A stretch of 64,000 nt of DNA from Chiloscyllium plagiosum. Taxonomy: Eukaryota. Of this stretch, positions 25,134 to 37,559 are shown in pieces. The stretch spans positions 6,842,740-6,906,739 of the forward strand of contig NC_057719.1 in assembly GCF_004010195.1 (NCBI RefSeq), read 5' to 3'. The notes below the pieces were generated by a model. That model had not been told where the DNA came from. It worked only from the letters and a program-made list of their open reading frames with translations, and did no database searches. Position numbers and translations under genes: made by a program. The stretch's first letter is position 1. Every line of letters starts with the position of its first letter.

Positions 25134-26539
25134 GCTCCCTGTGCCCATGGTCATATTGTAATACCATTGACTCATCCTTAGGTGATCAGAGCGGCAAAAT
25201 AAAGCAGACAATAGTTGGACAAGACTGTTGTCATCCTTCAGCTTTGTATCAGTCTTGTTATGATAGTACAACATGGAGTTTGGAAGTGCTGTAGATAGTC
25301 GGGAGGTGAATCACATTGCAGGGACTTTCGTGGTTGCATAAAGTGCTGACAGTGCAACATTAAGCTGCTATGTGAGTGAAAATTGCCAGTTGCTTAAATT
25401 ACTTTGTACATCAGATGCACCCATTTTTAACAAAAGGCTCTATTGTGGAGGTTCTAGGATCAGTGTTGATAAGCAACTACTTGTGTTTAAATCCATTTAT
25501 CCTGATCAGGTATTGCAGAGTGTGCATCAGCCCTAAAAGGGTGTCCATACAACATTGTCATTTCTTCGTGTTTCGGAACTAGCAATATGAATTGGTACCA
25601 TGACCATGGTGAGAATACCTGTATGTCCTTTAAATGCTAGAAGCTTATTGGCACAAAGAAAACCGTAATCTTTCCCTGCAGAATGGTGCCAAATTCTGTG
25701 TTTAAGGACAAATTACATCTGATTCCTCTTAAGGTCATAGTTGCCTGTTAACAAAGGTCACCTCCTTTATGCCAAAGCATTGTAGTACCTGTACACTACT
25801 GGTAAAATAACTGGCAACCTGTGAATATTAGAAATAGTCAAAGCATAAATTAGTTACTGGCAAGTTTTCAAACTGTATCTTAGGATAACTTCGTTGCCCC
25901 AAGTCCACAGTGTTAGAGATGTGTAATCCATTATAATGTTCAAATGTCTTTCTAATTTATTTGTGTGGTGCTTATGATCACTTGATTAATCCAGATAAGA
26001 TCTATTTGAATTCAGTTTTTCACCTATCAGAAATTACAAGTTTGATTTGTGTTTCCAAAGGGTGCTGCAACATTCTTTCAATCTGTGTGATTTCAGGCCT
26101 TAGCAGTTGTAAAAACAGTATGTGGAAGTGCATTTTCAGTAATGCAATAGTGTACTTAAACCCAAATGTAAGAATAGTTTCTTCTCAGACAATATCTCAT
26201 TCTATGAAATTTAATCTTTATCGATCGTGCAGATCCCCCTCCATACAAATACTCATGTGGTGGTACAAAACTTCAGTAATACTGAACAATAGGCTTTTCA
26301 GACTCTATCTTCTTGCGTTATGACTGATTTCAATATTATTGCCCTAACTGTGAAATTTAAGAAATCACTTTGTCCTGTTCAGGCCTCCCTCCAATGAAAT
26401 TTTCTTCCTGAATAGGCACTTGTCATTGTTTTGACCAGTGTTCTAGTTTGGATATATTATTGAACAGTATTTTACCCTCCATAAATTTGTGATCACCTTA
26501 AGCTGTTCTGCCAGTGACTATACGTGCATGAATTACATT

Positions 26540-26865
26540 CTCTATTACCATGCTTACTGACATATTAGCTCCTGGTTAAGCAACACCATGATTTTTAAAC
26601 TCATTTGTTTTCAAATTCTCCCTTGAGCTCGCCCTTCCAATCTCTAATTTCCTCCCAGCCAATTGCACTAAAATGTCTGCACTCCTGTAATTCTGGCCTC
26701 TGCTAATGGACATTTGTTATTCCATTGTTTTATAATTTCTGACCATCTTTAGCTACTTTGGAACTAAGCTCTGGAATTCTTTTCGGAAAATTTCTAATTC
26801 TTCCCTCATTGTTAGATGCTCAATAGAAGCTGTCTTTTGGATGAGGCAATGGGCTATCTGCCATA
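26540..26865 (+). mobile_element. Ancient L2 LINE 3' relic
   Basis: ctcctggttaagcaacaccatgatttttaaactc...ttttcaaattctcc...ctcgcccttcc...ttctggcctc...aagctctggaattc follows the L2 LHWLP/WNSLP region. Confidence 0.6.
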
Positions 26866-26903
26866 AAATTTCCTGAGAAGCTCAGATTACCTCTAGTATA
26901 CAG

Positions 26904-27025
26904 GAGCTGAAAATGTGTTGCTGGAACAGCGCAGCAGGTCAGGCAGCATCCAGGGAACAGGAGAATCGACGTTTCGGGCATAAGCCCTTCTTCAGGAATG
27001 AGGAAATTTTCTCCTCACTTTCTCA
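26904..27025 (-). mobile_element. Penelope pLTR mini-insertion, family A, intact hammerhead core at 26968-26995
   Basis: Minus strand ttc-CTGAAGA-a-GGGC-ttat-GCCC-GAAA-cg-TC; direct repeat tatacaggagc at 26897-26907 and 27026-27036. Confidence 0.85.
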
Positions 27026-27215
27026 TATACAGGAGCATTTAAAGCAATGGATCATTTTGTCACTAAATAAATCAATACTTACTGACTTCCCTTACTATGA
27101 CTATTGACCTTTTGAGGACAAATTTTTATCTGTTCCTATCATGTCATAAATATATATTTTTTAACTTGAGATATGGACTTTGCTGACTGGCCAGCATTTA
27201 TTGCACATTACTACT

Positions 27216-28110
27216 TAGAGTCAGAGAGTCTGGAGATGTGCAGCACAGAAACAGACCCTTCGGTCCAACTCATCCATGCTGACCAAATATCCCTACCCAA
27301 TCTAGTCCCACCTGTCAGCATCCGGCCCATATCCGTCCAAGCCCTTCCTGTTCATATACCCATCCAGATGCCTTTTAGATGTTGCAATTGTACTAGCTTC
27401 AACCACTTCCTCTGGCAGCCCATTCCACACACGCACCACCTTCGTGAAAAAGTTGCCCCTTAGGTCTCTTTTATATCTTTCCCCCCCTCACCTTGGACCT
27501 ATGCCCTTTAGTTCTGTAATTCCCCCACCCCAGGGAAAAGATCTTGTCTATTTATCCTATCCCCATCCCTCACGATTTTATAAACCTCTGTAAGGTCACC
27601 CCTCAGCCTCCGACGCTCCACAGAAAACAGTCCTAGCCTATTTAACATCTCCCTATAGCTCAAAGCCTCCAACCCCAGCAACATCCTTGTAAACCTTTTC
27701 TGAACTCTTTCCAAGTCTGACAACATCCTTCCGATTGGAGGGAGACCAGAATTGCAAGCAATATTCCAAAAGTCGCCTAACCAATGTACAGCCACAACAT
27801 GACCTCCCAACTCCTGTACTCAATACTCTGACCAATAAAGGAAAGCATACCAAATGTTGCCTTCACTATCCTATCTACCTGCAACTCCACTTTCAAGGAG
27901 CTATGAACCTGCATTCCAAGGTCTCTTTGTTCAGCAACACACTCGGGCATTACCGTTAAATTAAACTCCGTCTGCCACTCCTCAGCCCATTGGCTCATCT
28001 GATCAAGATCCCATTGTAATCAGAGGTAACTTTCTGCACTCTCCACTTCACCCCCAATTTTGGTGTCATCTGCAAACTTACTATGCCTCTTAAGCTCACA
28101 TCCAAATCAC
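27216..28110 (-). mobile_element. CR1 LINE 3' fragment inserted in the tail of the preceding LINE
   Basis: LERVQKRFTRML, RRLRGDLTEVYKI, gagtcagagagtc tail. Confidence 0.9.
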
Positions 28111-29260
28111 TTGCCCGTCAGAAGATGATGACAAGCTGCCGCCTTGAACTGCTGTTGTCCATGTGCTGTAAGGTGACCCTCAAATACCCCCCTAATGGTA
28201 TTGTGGATTTTTGACTTGGCAACCATGAATGTATGGTGATATTTTGAGTCAGATGGTGAGTGATTTGGAGGGGATCTTTAAGGTGGTGGTGTTCCCATGT
28301 ATCTGCTGCCTTTGTCCTTCTAGATGGAAGTTGTGGATTTGGAAGATGCTGTCTAAGGATATGTGGTGATTTTCTGCAGTGCCTCTTGCAGATGGTACTC
28401 GTTGCAGCTACTGAGTATCAGTGGTAGAGGAAGTGGATATTTGTGGATGTGGTGGTGTCAGTCAAGAAGGCTACATTGTCCTGGATAATGTCCAGTTTCT
28501 TGCCTGAATGGGTGCAGCTCCAAAACTCCAATGAGGACTATTCCATCATGTTTCTGACTTGTCTTATAGATGGGGAGTCAGGACGTGCCCCATTACTCGC
28601 CCCAGTATTTCGAGCCTCTGACCTGCTCTTGTAACCACTGTGTATTTATGTGGTGAGTCCACATGAGTTTCTGATCAAAGTAGCCATCAGGATGTTGTTA
28701 ATGGGAGATTTGATTATGGTAAAACTATTGAATATCAAATTGTGGTGGTTAGATTGTTTGTCTATATCTCCTATTGAAGATGGCCATTACTCAATTTGTG
28801 GTGTAAATGTTACTTGCCATTCGTCAGCCCAAGTCCGGATATTATCCAGATCTTATTGCATTTGAACATGGACTGCTTCAGTATCTGAGTTGTAAATAAT
28901 GCTGAACATTGTGCAATCATTGGCAAGCATCCCCACTACATTCTTTATGATGGAGCCAAGTTTGTTGTTGAAGCAGCTGAAGATGGTTGGGCCTAGATTA
29001 CTACCTTAAGGAACTCTTGCAGAAATGTGGTGGGCATAAGATAATTGACCTCCAAGAAACACTACTATCTTCCAGTGTGCCAAGTATAAGTCCAACCAGC
29101 AGAGAGCTTGCCACCTGATTCCCATTGAATCCATTTTTGCTATGCATCGATGATGTCCCAATTGATTGTCTGCAGCCTTGATGTCAAGGGCTGTCACTCT
29201 CACCTCCCCTCTAGAATTCAGCTCTTTTGTCTATGTTTGAACCAAGGCAGTAGTGAAGTC

Positions 29261-29353
29261 AGAGCTGAAAATGTGTTGCTGGAAAAGCGCAGCAGGTCAG
29301 GCAGCATCCAAGGAACAGGAGAATCGACGTTTCGGGCATAAGCCCTTCTTCAG
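29261..29353 (-). mobile_element. Penelope pLTR mini-insertion, family A, intact hammerhead core at 29326-29353
   Basis: About 90 bp; direct repeat cagtagtgaagtc at 29248-29260 and 29351-29363. Confidence 0.88.
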
Positions 29354-31741
29354 TAGTGAAGTCCGGAACTGAGTGGCCCTGGCAGAACCCAAACTGGGAG
29401 TTGCTGAGCAGATGCTGCTTAAAAGCACTGTTGATGACACCTTCCATCACTCTTTTTAATTGAGTGTAGACTGATGAAGCTGTAATTGTTGGGTTTAATT
29501 TGTCCTAGGCAATTTTCCATGTTGACGGATGGCTGTCAGTGTTATAACTGTGCTGGAAGACCTTGGCTAGGGGAGCAGTAAGTTCTAGAGCACAAGTCTT
29601 CAGTACTATTTCTAGAATGTTGTCAGGGTCCAATGCCTTCAACTGTTTCTTGATATCACCTGGAGTGAATAATTGTCTGAAGACTGGTATCTATCGTGCT
29701 GGGATGGGTCATCCATTCGGCACTACTTCTTGAAGATTGCGAATTCTTAAGCCATATCTTTTGCACTGATGTATCGGGCTCTCCCATCCTTGAGAGTGGT
29801 GATATTTGTGGAGTCTGCTCCTCTAGTGAGTTGTTTGTCCACCACCATTCATGACTCGATGTGGCAGGACTCCAGGGCTTAGATCAGGTCCATTGCTTAT
29901 GCGATTGTTTAGCTCTATCATTTGCTACTTATGCTGTTGGGCAACAAGTAGTCCTGTTTGGTAGTTGCACCTAATATTTAGGTTTGTCTGGTGCTGCTCC
30001 TAGTATACCTTCCTGCGCTCGCCATTGAACTAGGGCTGATTCCCTGGCTTGATAGTAGTGATTGTGTGGATGAAATGCCAGGCTGAGGTTGCAGATTGTG
30101 CTGAAGTACAATTTTGCTGCTGTTAGCTCACAGCACCTCAGATTCCTGCTTGAGTTGCTAGATCCATTCAGTCTGTCCCATTTAGCACATTGATCATGCC
30201 ACACAGCATGATGGAGGGTATTCTCAATGTGAAGGCAGGACTTCATCCCCATAAGATGAAGTGGTCACTTTTACCGATTTGCTGTCATGGACAAATGCAT
30301 CTGCAACTGGCAGATTGGTAAGGATTTTTTTTCTCTTATTTCCCTTACCACCTGCCGCAAACCCAGTCTAGAAGCTGTCTCACAGCTAGTCCCTGACCAG
30401 TTTGATCACTAGTGCTGCTGCTGAGCCACTCTTGGTGATGGTCATTGAAATCCCTCTGCCAGAGTACATTTTATACCCTTTCCATTCTCCTACTTCCCTA
30501 AGTGTTCAATATTAAGTATGATTCATCAACGGAGGGAGGACAGTGTGTGGTAACCAGTAGGTGGTTTCCTTGCCCACATTTAACTTGAAGCCATGAGATT
30601 TCATAGGGTTAACGGCCATTTTGAAGACTCCAGGGACATCTCTGTCCCGACTGTATGCCACTTAGCCGCCACCTCAGCTGGGTCTGTCCTGCCGGTTCGA
30701 CTGAACATATCCAGGGATAGTGGTGTTGGCTGAGGCTTTTAGATATGATTCTGTGAGTATGACAATGTTAGGCTGTTGCTTGACTAGCTTGTGAGACAGC
30801 ACTCTTAATTTTGGCACTTGCCCCCAGATGTTAGTGAGGTGGAACTTTACAGGAACAACAGTTCTGTTCTGTTTTTCTTTTTCTGGTGCTGAGGTTGATG
30901 TCAGATGGGCCATCTGGTTTAATTTTCTTTGAGGCTTTGTTGTGATTAATGCAGTTGAGTCACTTGTTAGGCCATTTCAGAGGCCATTTGAGAGTAAACT
31001 ATATTGCTGTAGATAGAGAATAACGTGTAGGCCAGACCAGGGGAGCATGGCTAATTTCCTTCCTTGACAGACATTAGTGAGTCAGATGGGTTTATCTGAC
31101 GATCAATATATTTTCAATTACAGGTATAGATTTTGAAAAATTGAATTCAAATTCCACCATCTGTTGTGGCAGGGTTCGAACCTGGATTCCTAACTGAGTT
31201 TCTAGATTACGAATCTAGCGTTAATAGCACAAGGCCATTGCCTTCCCTAGATAATCAATGGGAATCGCTTACATCTGTTCAAACAGACAGATGAGCTTGA
31301 AATGAGATGTGCCAAACAATGTAGAGCTCCATCTACAAGAATACCAGCCTAGGTTATCTATCTAAATTCTGAATTGGGACTTAAACCTGAATCCTATAAT
31401 GGAGTCAAGCTTTATTGGGGGGGAAAAAAGACAGCAATGGCAATAAAATGTTGTGGGGAAAAGGTCAAGGCTTTTATTCTTGCTGTTGATTGATTGGCCA
31501 CAAACATGTTCAGATGGATCTGCTGCCAGAATTTACACCTGATTCAGGCTCCATGCACTCATTCCAGGCAAATCCAGCATGAAGTCGTACTGGGGTACAA
31601 CTGGATGGAATATGCACCATGCACATTCTGTCCACTTTTACCAACTGGTGAAGCTGAAAGAAAGCTGTGGGGATGTATGTATTTTGGCCTCTGAATAAAT
31701 AAGCCAAGCCACTTCCCATTGGCTTTTCTCGAAGTTTAGGC

Positions 31742-31902
31742 GAAAGTGAGGACTGCAGAGTCAAAATTAGAGTGGTGCTGGAAAAGCACAGCAGGTCAAG
31801 CAGCATCCAAGGAGTAGCAAAATCGGCATTTTGGGCAAAAGCCCTTCATCAGGACTCGGGATGCTGCCTGACCTGCTGTGCTTTTCCAGCACCACTCTAA
31901 TC
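31742..31902. mobile_element. Penelope pLTR with partial inverted arm
   Basis: ttagagtggtgctggaaaagcacagcaggtc...gcatcc recurs inverted as gatgctgcctgacctgctgtgcttttccagcaccactctaa; decayed hammerhead at about 31825-31852. Confidence 0.8.
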
Positions 31903-33039
31903 ATTTCTCAGAGCTTGGCAGACCTCTTCTTGGCATGTTAACTATAAACCAGCCAGTGCACTCTTATGGTTGCATGGTAAAGTAATGTAGATTTACCTAT
32001 CTTAAACACTTTATTTTGGTTTGGTATTGCCTAGGTTTGATTTCAGATTTGTTTTCTATGGCTGTCTTGAGAGAGGCAAAAGCAATAACAAACAATGGAA
32101 TGACTGAACCAAATCCAACTGCCCAGTTTAAAATATTCTCAAACTTAAACAATGTTCTCTCAAAAGTAGGGCACACTGGGTGGGTGCTGTTGTCATGCTT
32201 ATAACTTGCTGGATTGTATTCTCTGTTGCCATGGTGTTGACAATAACTACAGACTTCAACTGCTGACAGACGACTACTGATCTGCTTGTGGTCAGAAGAT
32301 AGCTTAGTGTACATCAGCTGTCCCCCAGCTACCGCACTTAGCTGTGAAGCAATTATGGTGCAACCCATTTTAACTGCAGATCATGTAACTGTTGAGATGT
32401 TTTAAATCATATTTTGTCTTCAGAAGTTGGAAAATAATTGCTTCAATAATTGATACTGGATGTTGAAAGTATTAAATGGTTATTAAGGTCAGGTAATATA
32501 CGTAGAAAGAGTAACAGAGTTGCAGTTTCTTGCCAATAACCATTACAGTGTTTGTTATATCTTTAATTATGGTTTGAGTACTCTGATACAATAACTGATG
32601 CAAGTGTTTTTCATGCACTTTGGCTGATTTTAAGCTGGTGTGGTAGTACACATGGGTTCAGAATTCTTTCCATTTTCTTCAAAATTAATTTACTATTTTC
32701 ATTGTCAAACCAACATAAAAGCCTTAACTCCGCACCCAGGAAGGAGACTAAACACGTCCAAGGCCTCTGTCAACACTAATCTGAAAATGTTCAACAGGGA
32801 GTGTACATTTTTCTCACCCATTGTCAGCAGCAAGGCTAGGTGTGGGAGTTTGGTTTATGAACCATTTCACAGTTACAAATGAGTAACTGGTTGATCTGTA
32901 ATGTGCTCTCCAAATAATAGTTTCTTGAGTAGATATCCTCTGACTTCAGTTTTATTGTTTAGATATAACATCTAAAGCACCATAGGGTTACTATTTGACC
33001 AGAAAAAATACTACAGCAGCAATATAAATACAGGTTACA

Positions 33040-33540
33040 AGAGCAAGTCAAAGGCTGTGAATTCTGTAATGAAAAGTTGCATCTTAACTGACATAGGCCA
33101 GTCTACTATTTGCCAGGCAGAAGTCAGAACAATGACCTATTGTAAACTTCTGAAATAAATGCAGTTGAAAAAAGACAACTCGGAAACATCTAGGACGAAA
33201 CAGCCTACATTATTGGCAAGCCATCACTGAAGTACAATGGCTGTGATGTTTACTATCTAAAAGGTACACTGTGGTGATTCACTCAGGTTCCTTTTCCATC
33301 ACTCTGCAAACACTCAACTTCTGTCAACCTAAAAGGGCATGAGCAGCAGGTTAATTTGGTCACCATCCACCTACAAGTTCCCCTCCAAATCCCGTACCAT
33401 CCTGATTTCACAGCACCTCAGAATTGTTATGGTGTTGAAGAACATTTGGCCTGTTTTATACACTGTTAGCATTTCAATTTGTGCCAATATTGGGAATGTA
33501 TCACTGTTTCTTCACTGTGTCAAAATCCTGGAACTCTCTA
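33040..33540 (+). mobile_element. Very old copy of the 345-878 LINE family
   Basis: ttaatttggtcaccatccacctacaagttcccctccaaat...ttcactgtgtcaaaatcctggaactc matches 615-725 in order. Confidence 0.5.
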
Positions 33541-33744
33541 TCTTTAAAAGAGTTGTGATTTCAGCCTTAGAATTAATGTTCACTACATGTTAGTATGTAT
33601 GATTTTATATCATAAATAACTTTCACTATAACTTTCAGTGTGCAATGTACTTTTAGCTTGGAAACTATTATTTTTCTTTCAACATCACCAAAGTATTATG
33701 TTCCCAGCAGAAGATATTGAAGACCTGAGGAACAACATTCAGCT

Positions 33745-33872
33745 TGTTGAGCATGCTCAACCATTCAATTAGATTATGGCTGACCATTTATGTGCATACC
33801 ATTTTCCTGCACTATTTCCATATTCTTTTTATCACTAGTCTCCAGAAATCTATTGATTTCTGTCTTGAAATT
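33745..33872 (-). mobile_element. Old CR1 3' tail fragment
   Basis: ccattcaattagattatggctga...aatctattgatttctgtcttgaa resembles 18220-18330 and 22484-22590. Confidence 0.55.
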
Positions 33873-33877
33873 GAGCA

Positions 33878-36800
33878 TTTTTTTTGTAAATGTATTTATT
33901 AGCAAAAAACTTTATAAAAATATGAAGCAATGGAATATATGACAAATACCAGTATAATAAACGCAAATTACAATACAACCACTGTCTAGTAACCTACCCT
34001 ATAAAACAAAGCAAAACATTATGCAAAACAACACCAGTAAATATGTTTTGTTTTAAAAAAAAACTAACACACAAGACCACAAAATAACAATGCTCGGCGT
34101 AGAGCTCCCAAACAAACGGGAGTGTTGTGTGTATATATAGCCGTATTGCCAAGGGCTCAGCAAACCTAACCATCCTGGTTAAACAAACGCACTAGTTAAG
34201 ATAGCAGACAAATGTATCCAAACAACTCAAAAAGAGCTGCCATGCCTTATATTAAAAAAAAAAGTCTGTTGAGTGGTGCACCATATTTGTGAAATAATCC
34301 AAGGGAATGTGCTCCATAATTAATTTTCACCATCCCAGCAAGCCCGACGGGTTCTCAGACACCCAATTCATCAGAATACTCTTCCGTGCACAGTAAATAA
34401 GGATATTGAATAGTTTCTTCCCGTGCCCATCTAAAGAAGATAAATTTGGTAGACCTAGAAGGGGAGATATCTGGTTTACTTTAACTTTGGTCCTCAATAT
34501 CCTACCTATCTCTCCCGCCACAGCGCTCCAATAAACAGAGCCTGTGGCATGTCTAGAAGCAAAGGGTAAGAATACCTACACTTATTTTCCACTTGGGGTA
34601 CATTGGAGACGCCTTTTTTTTTTAAAACTTCACCAGACGGTCTGGTGCCAAATGAACCCTGTGCAGAACTTTTAACTGCATGGCGTATGTCCTATTACAG
34701 ATTTGAGATCTTTTGTGCGTTCTCCTACATGTCCTCCCATGTTTCAGAAGAGCACTCCACTCCTAGCTTTTGCTCTCAGACTTCACGTAACTGGTTAATA
34801 TCCTGCCAGGCCATACCATCCAGTAGATGATAGAGGGCACTAAACAAAAGGGTGTTTGTGGCATGTAGCAACAACCTCTGTGTCGGGCTTAGTGAGAAGC
34901 GTAGTCGTCTTTTGGTTGAAATCCCTGACCTGAAAGATTGAGCTGTATTTGCGGCTCAATTGCTTAAAGGACACAGCCTCCCTGTCAAACAAGTCTCCCA
35001 AACTGGAAACTCCTCTCGCTGTCCACAACTTGAACCCTAAGTCCATTTTCCCTGGTCAGAACCCTGGCATACCGACTATGGGGGTGAAGTTTTGGATAAA
35101 TAACCCTCACTCTGACACATTGCCTTCCATGCCTTGACTGTACTAATCACAGTGGGATTCCGGCAGTGGTCTATAACTGTTCTCAACTTATCCATGAACA
35201 ACAGGTTAATAAGAGGGCACTTTGCCTGGGTGGCCTCGATATTCAACCAAATTGAGCCTGGATTGTTACCTACCCAATCGCGCACAAAGGACAACAGGAG
35301 AGTCGATTGATATCTCCTGATGTCTGGGAAATCAACTCCTCCCCATCCTTGAGGCAACTGCAATTTAGTATGTTAGAGGGGCTGCCCACGATGCCAAACG
35401 AAAGAACTAAACCAACCCATGTTTCCACAGCATTGAAGTGGGAAATGTTGCAGGGAGCATACGCATGGGATAAAGGACATTCATCTTAAGGGCTATTCAG
35501 CCCAACCACAAAGTTGGAAGAGTCTCCCATCTCTGGAGACACCGCCTATATTGAGCAGATGAACAAAGTTGGTCCGAAATAATCAATCAAGCATGGGGGT
35601 AATAAGAATACCTACGTATCAGAAACCTGCCCATGACCACTTAAAGGAGAACCTCTGGCACTTAAGGTCCCCCAAAGGCATAGCCTCTGACTTTGCAAAG
35701 TTGGTCTTGTATCCTGAAAAAGCCCCAAATGAATTAATACATTGTAACAGATATATAGGGTATGGAGGTCATGGGGTCCGATACAAACAGAAGGACGTCA
35801 TCTGCATATAGTGTAATCTTGTGTACACTCTATCCCACTTCTGCAGCGGTTAAGTGGACGTTCTGCCAAATGGCATCTCTCAGCGGCTCTATCGCTAATG
35901 TAAACAACAATGGTGAGAGACTGCAGCCTTGACGACTACCCCTGCCAATCCTAAAGTTTCCAGATTTCAACCTATTGGTGATGACTGCGGCCAGATGGTG
36001 GCAATGTAAAACCTTCACCCACCTAGCAAAGACCCCACCCAGCCCAAACTCTAAGACATGAGATACGGCCATTCCATCTGGTCAAATACTTTCTCTGCAT
36101 CTAAGGAAATCACCAACCCCCGGATCAATGGTTGCTGACTTGGACTATATTCGGCAGCCTTCTAATATTATTAGAGGACCGACAGCCCCTTAAAACCTGT
36201 CTGGTCCTCTTTGACAATATAGGGCAACACCTTCTCCAAACCCAGCGCCAAAATCTCAGACAGAACCTTAAAATCTGAATTTAATAGAGAGATGGGCCTG
36301 TATGAGGCACAATTCCCTTCTTAAGAATGAGGGAAATGTTATCTTCTCTCAAAGATGGTAGTAGGCATTCATGCATATAGGAGTGATTGTATATTTCCAG
36401 CATCAGCCCTGACAGAATCCCTAAAAACCCCTTCTAAAACTCACCGGGGAGACCATCAGGGCCAGGAACTTTCTCAATTTGAAGTTGCCTAACTGCCTGC
36501 TGTATTTCCTGAATTGTCAGGCGGGCATTGTTGAGAGAGGCCGGTTCCAAGGTTACCCCCGGGAGGTCCAGACTCTTAAAGGTTTCCATCTTTGCCCACT
36601 CATCCTCGCAACCTTCAGACCGATACAATTCAGAGTAAAAGAAAATCTGAAAAGCTTCATTTAATCCTTTTGGCATCGTACTAATGAACTGCATTAATGG
36701 ATCGGGGAGCACGCTTCTTCCTAGTCAGATACGCTAAATACTTTCTTCGGGTTTTGTGTAAGTACTGAATTCAGTGTGGCCAGAGGGTTGTGATCTGCTG

Positions 36801-37385
36801 TAGCTTGGTCACAGAAGGCCTCGCAAAATGTGCCACCTCAGCGGCTTTCAGCTTCGTCTCAAGTAGATGCATGCTCTTCCCCTTTGTCATTTTTGGCTAG
36901 CTGGAAAGGAAATAACTAATCCCCTAGCAATGGCCTTAGCAGTCTTCTATAGCATAGACTGACTACTAGCCATGCCTGAGTTGATAATCAAAAACTCCTG
37001 AAACTCCCTCAAAGTATTCCACCAATTTGGAATCCTTGAGGAAAGGATTCAGCCGCCATTGCCGTGAGCCTCACCCCTCAATCTTGGCTGTAGCCTCCAA
37101 ATATACCATTATGTGATCAGAAATAGCTATGTTCCCAATGTTACAACCCATAATTGAATCCGGAAGGGTCAAGGGAGCCAGAAAAAGATCAATCCTCAGG
37201 TGACGTTTTATGTGGGTTTGAAAAAAAGTGAAGTCTCTGCTGGTTGGGTGAAGACATCTCTCGATATCCACAAGCCCCAACTCTTTGCATAAGTCAGTCA
37301 CCTGCTTGGCCTGCAAAGAAATAGTTGGGGGCCCACTGGCATCCTGTCCACTGTCTGATCCAAAAGGCAATTGAATGCGCCCCCC
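33878..37385 (-). mobile_element. L1-clade LINE ORF2 and 3' UTR, decayed
   Basis: Poly-T and tttatt at 33878-33900; GLVDI...RDFTFF...RIDLFL...[38 protein letters not shown]; related to 7497-11430. Confidence 0.9.
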
Positions 37386-37386
37386 C

Positions 37387-37387
37387 A

Positions 37388-37439
<52 letters not shown>
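37387..37439. repeat. (CA)n microsatellite
   Basis: About 26 CA units, directly visible. Confidence 0.97.
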
Positions 37440-37442
<3 letters not shown>

Positions 37443-37559
37443 TGTGTTCCAAAGGCACTCAGCTTAGAGAAGACACTAATCAAAAGGTTGAGGGGATGCT
37501 CCAGGGGACAGACTTTAAGATGCCATTCCTCCCCATGTGTCAGGGCCTTAGGTATCACA

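Larger units (their letters stand above)
27160..31247 (-). mobile_element. Near full-length CR1/L2-group LINE with tRNA-derived 5' head, carrying two insertions
   Basis: tRNA-like head 31150-31247 (B box GGTTCGAACCC); EN TNIWGQVPKL...QQPNIVILTESYL...IPGY...RQDR; RT VTALDIKAA...GIRWQALCWLDLYL...VP; 3' tail 27165-27215 and from 28112. Confidence 0.8.

Noticed and set aside
25600..25615. accATG/GTGAGA candidate first exon
   Set aside because: Isolated motif with no other support
31997..32368. 123-aa minus and 62-aa plus ORFs in unique DNA
   Set aside because: No recognisable domain or splice structure; lengths are compatible with chance
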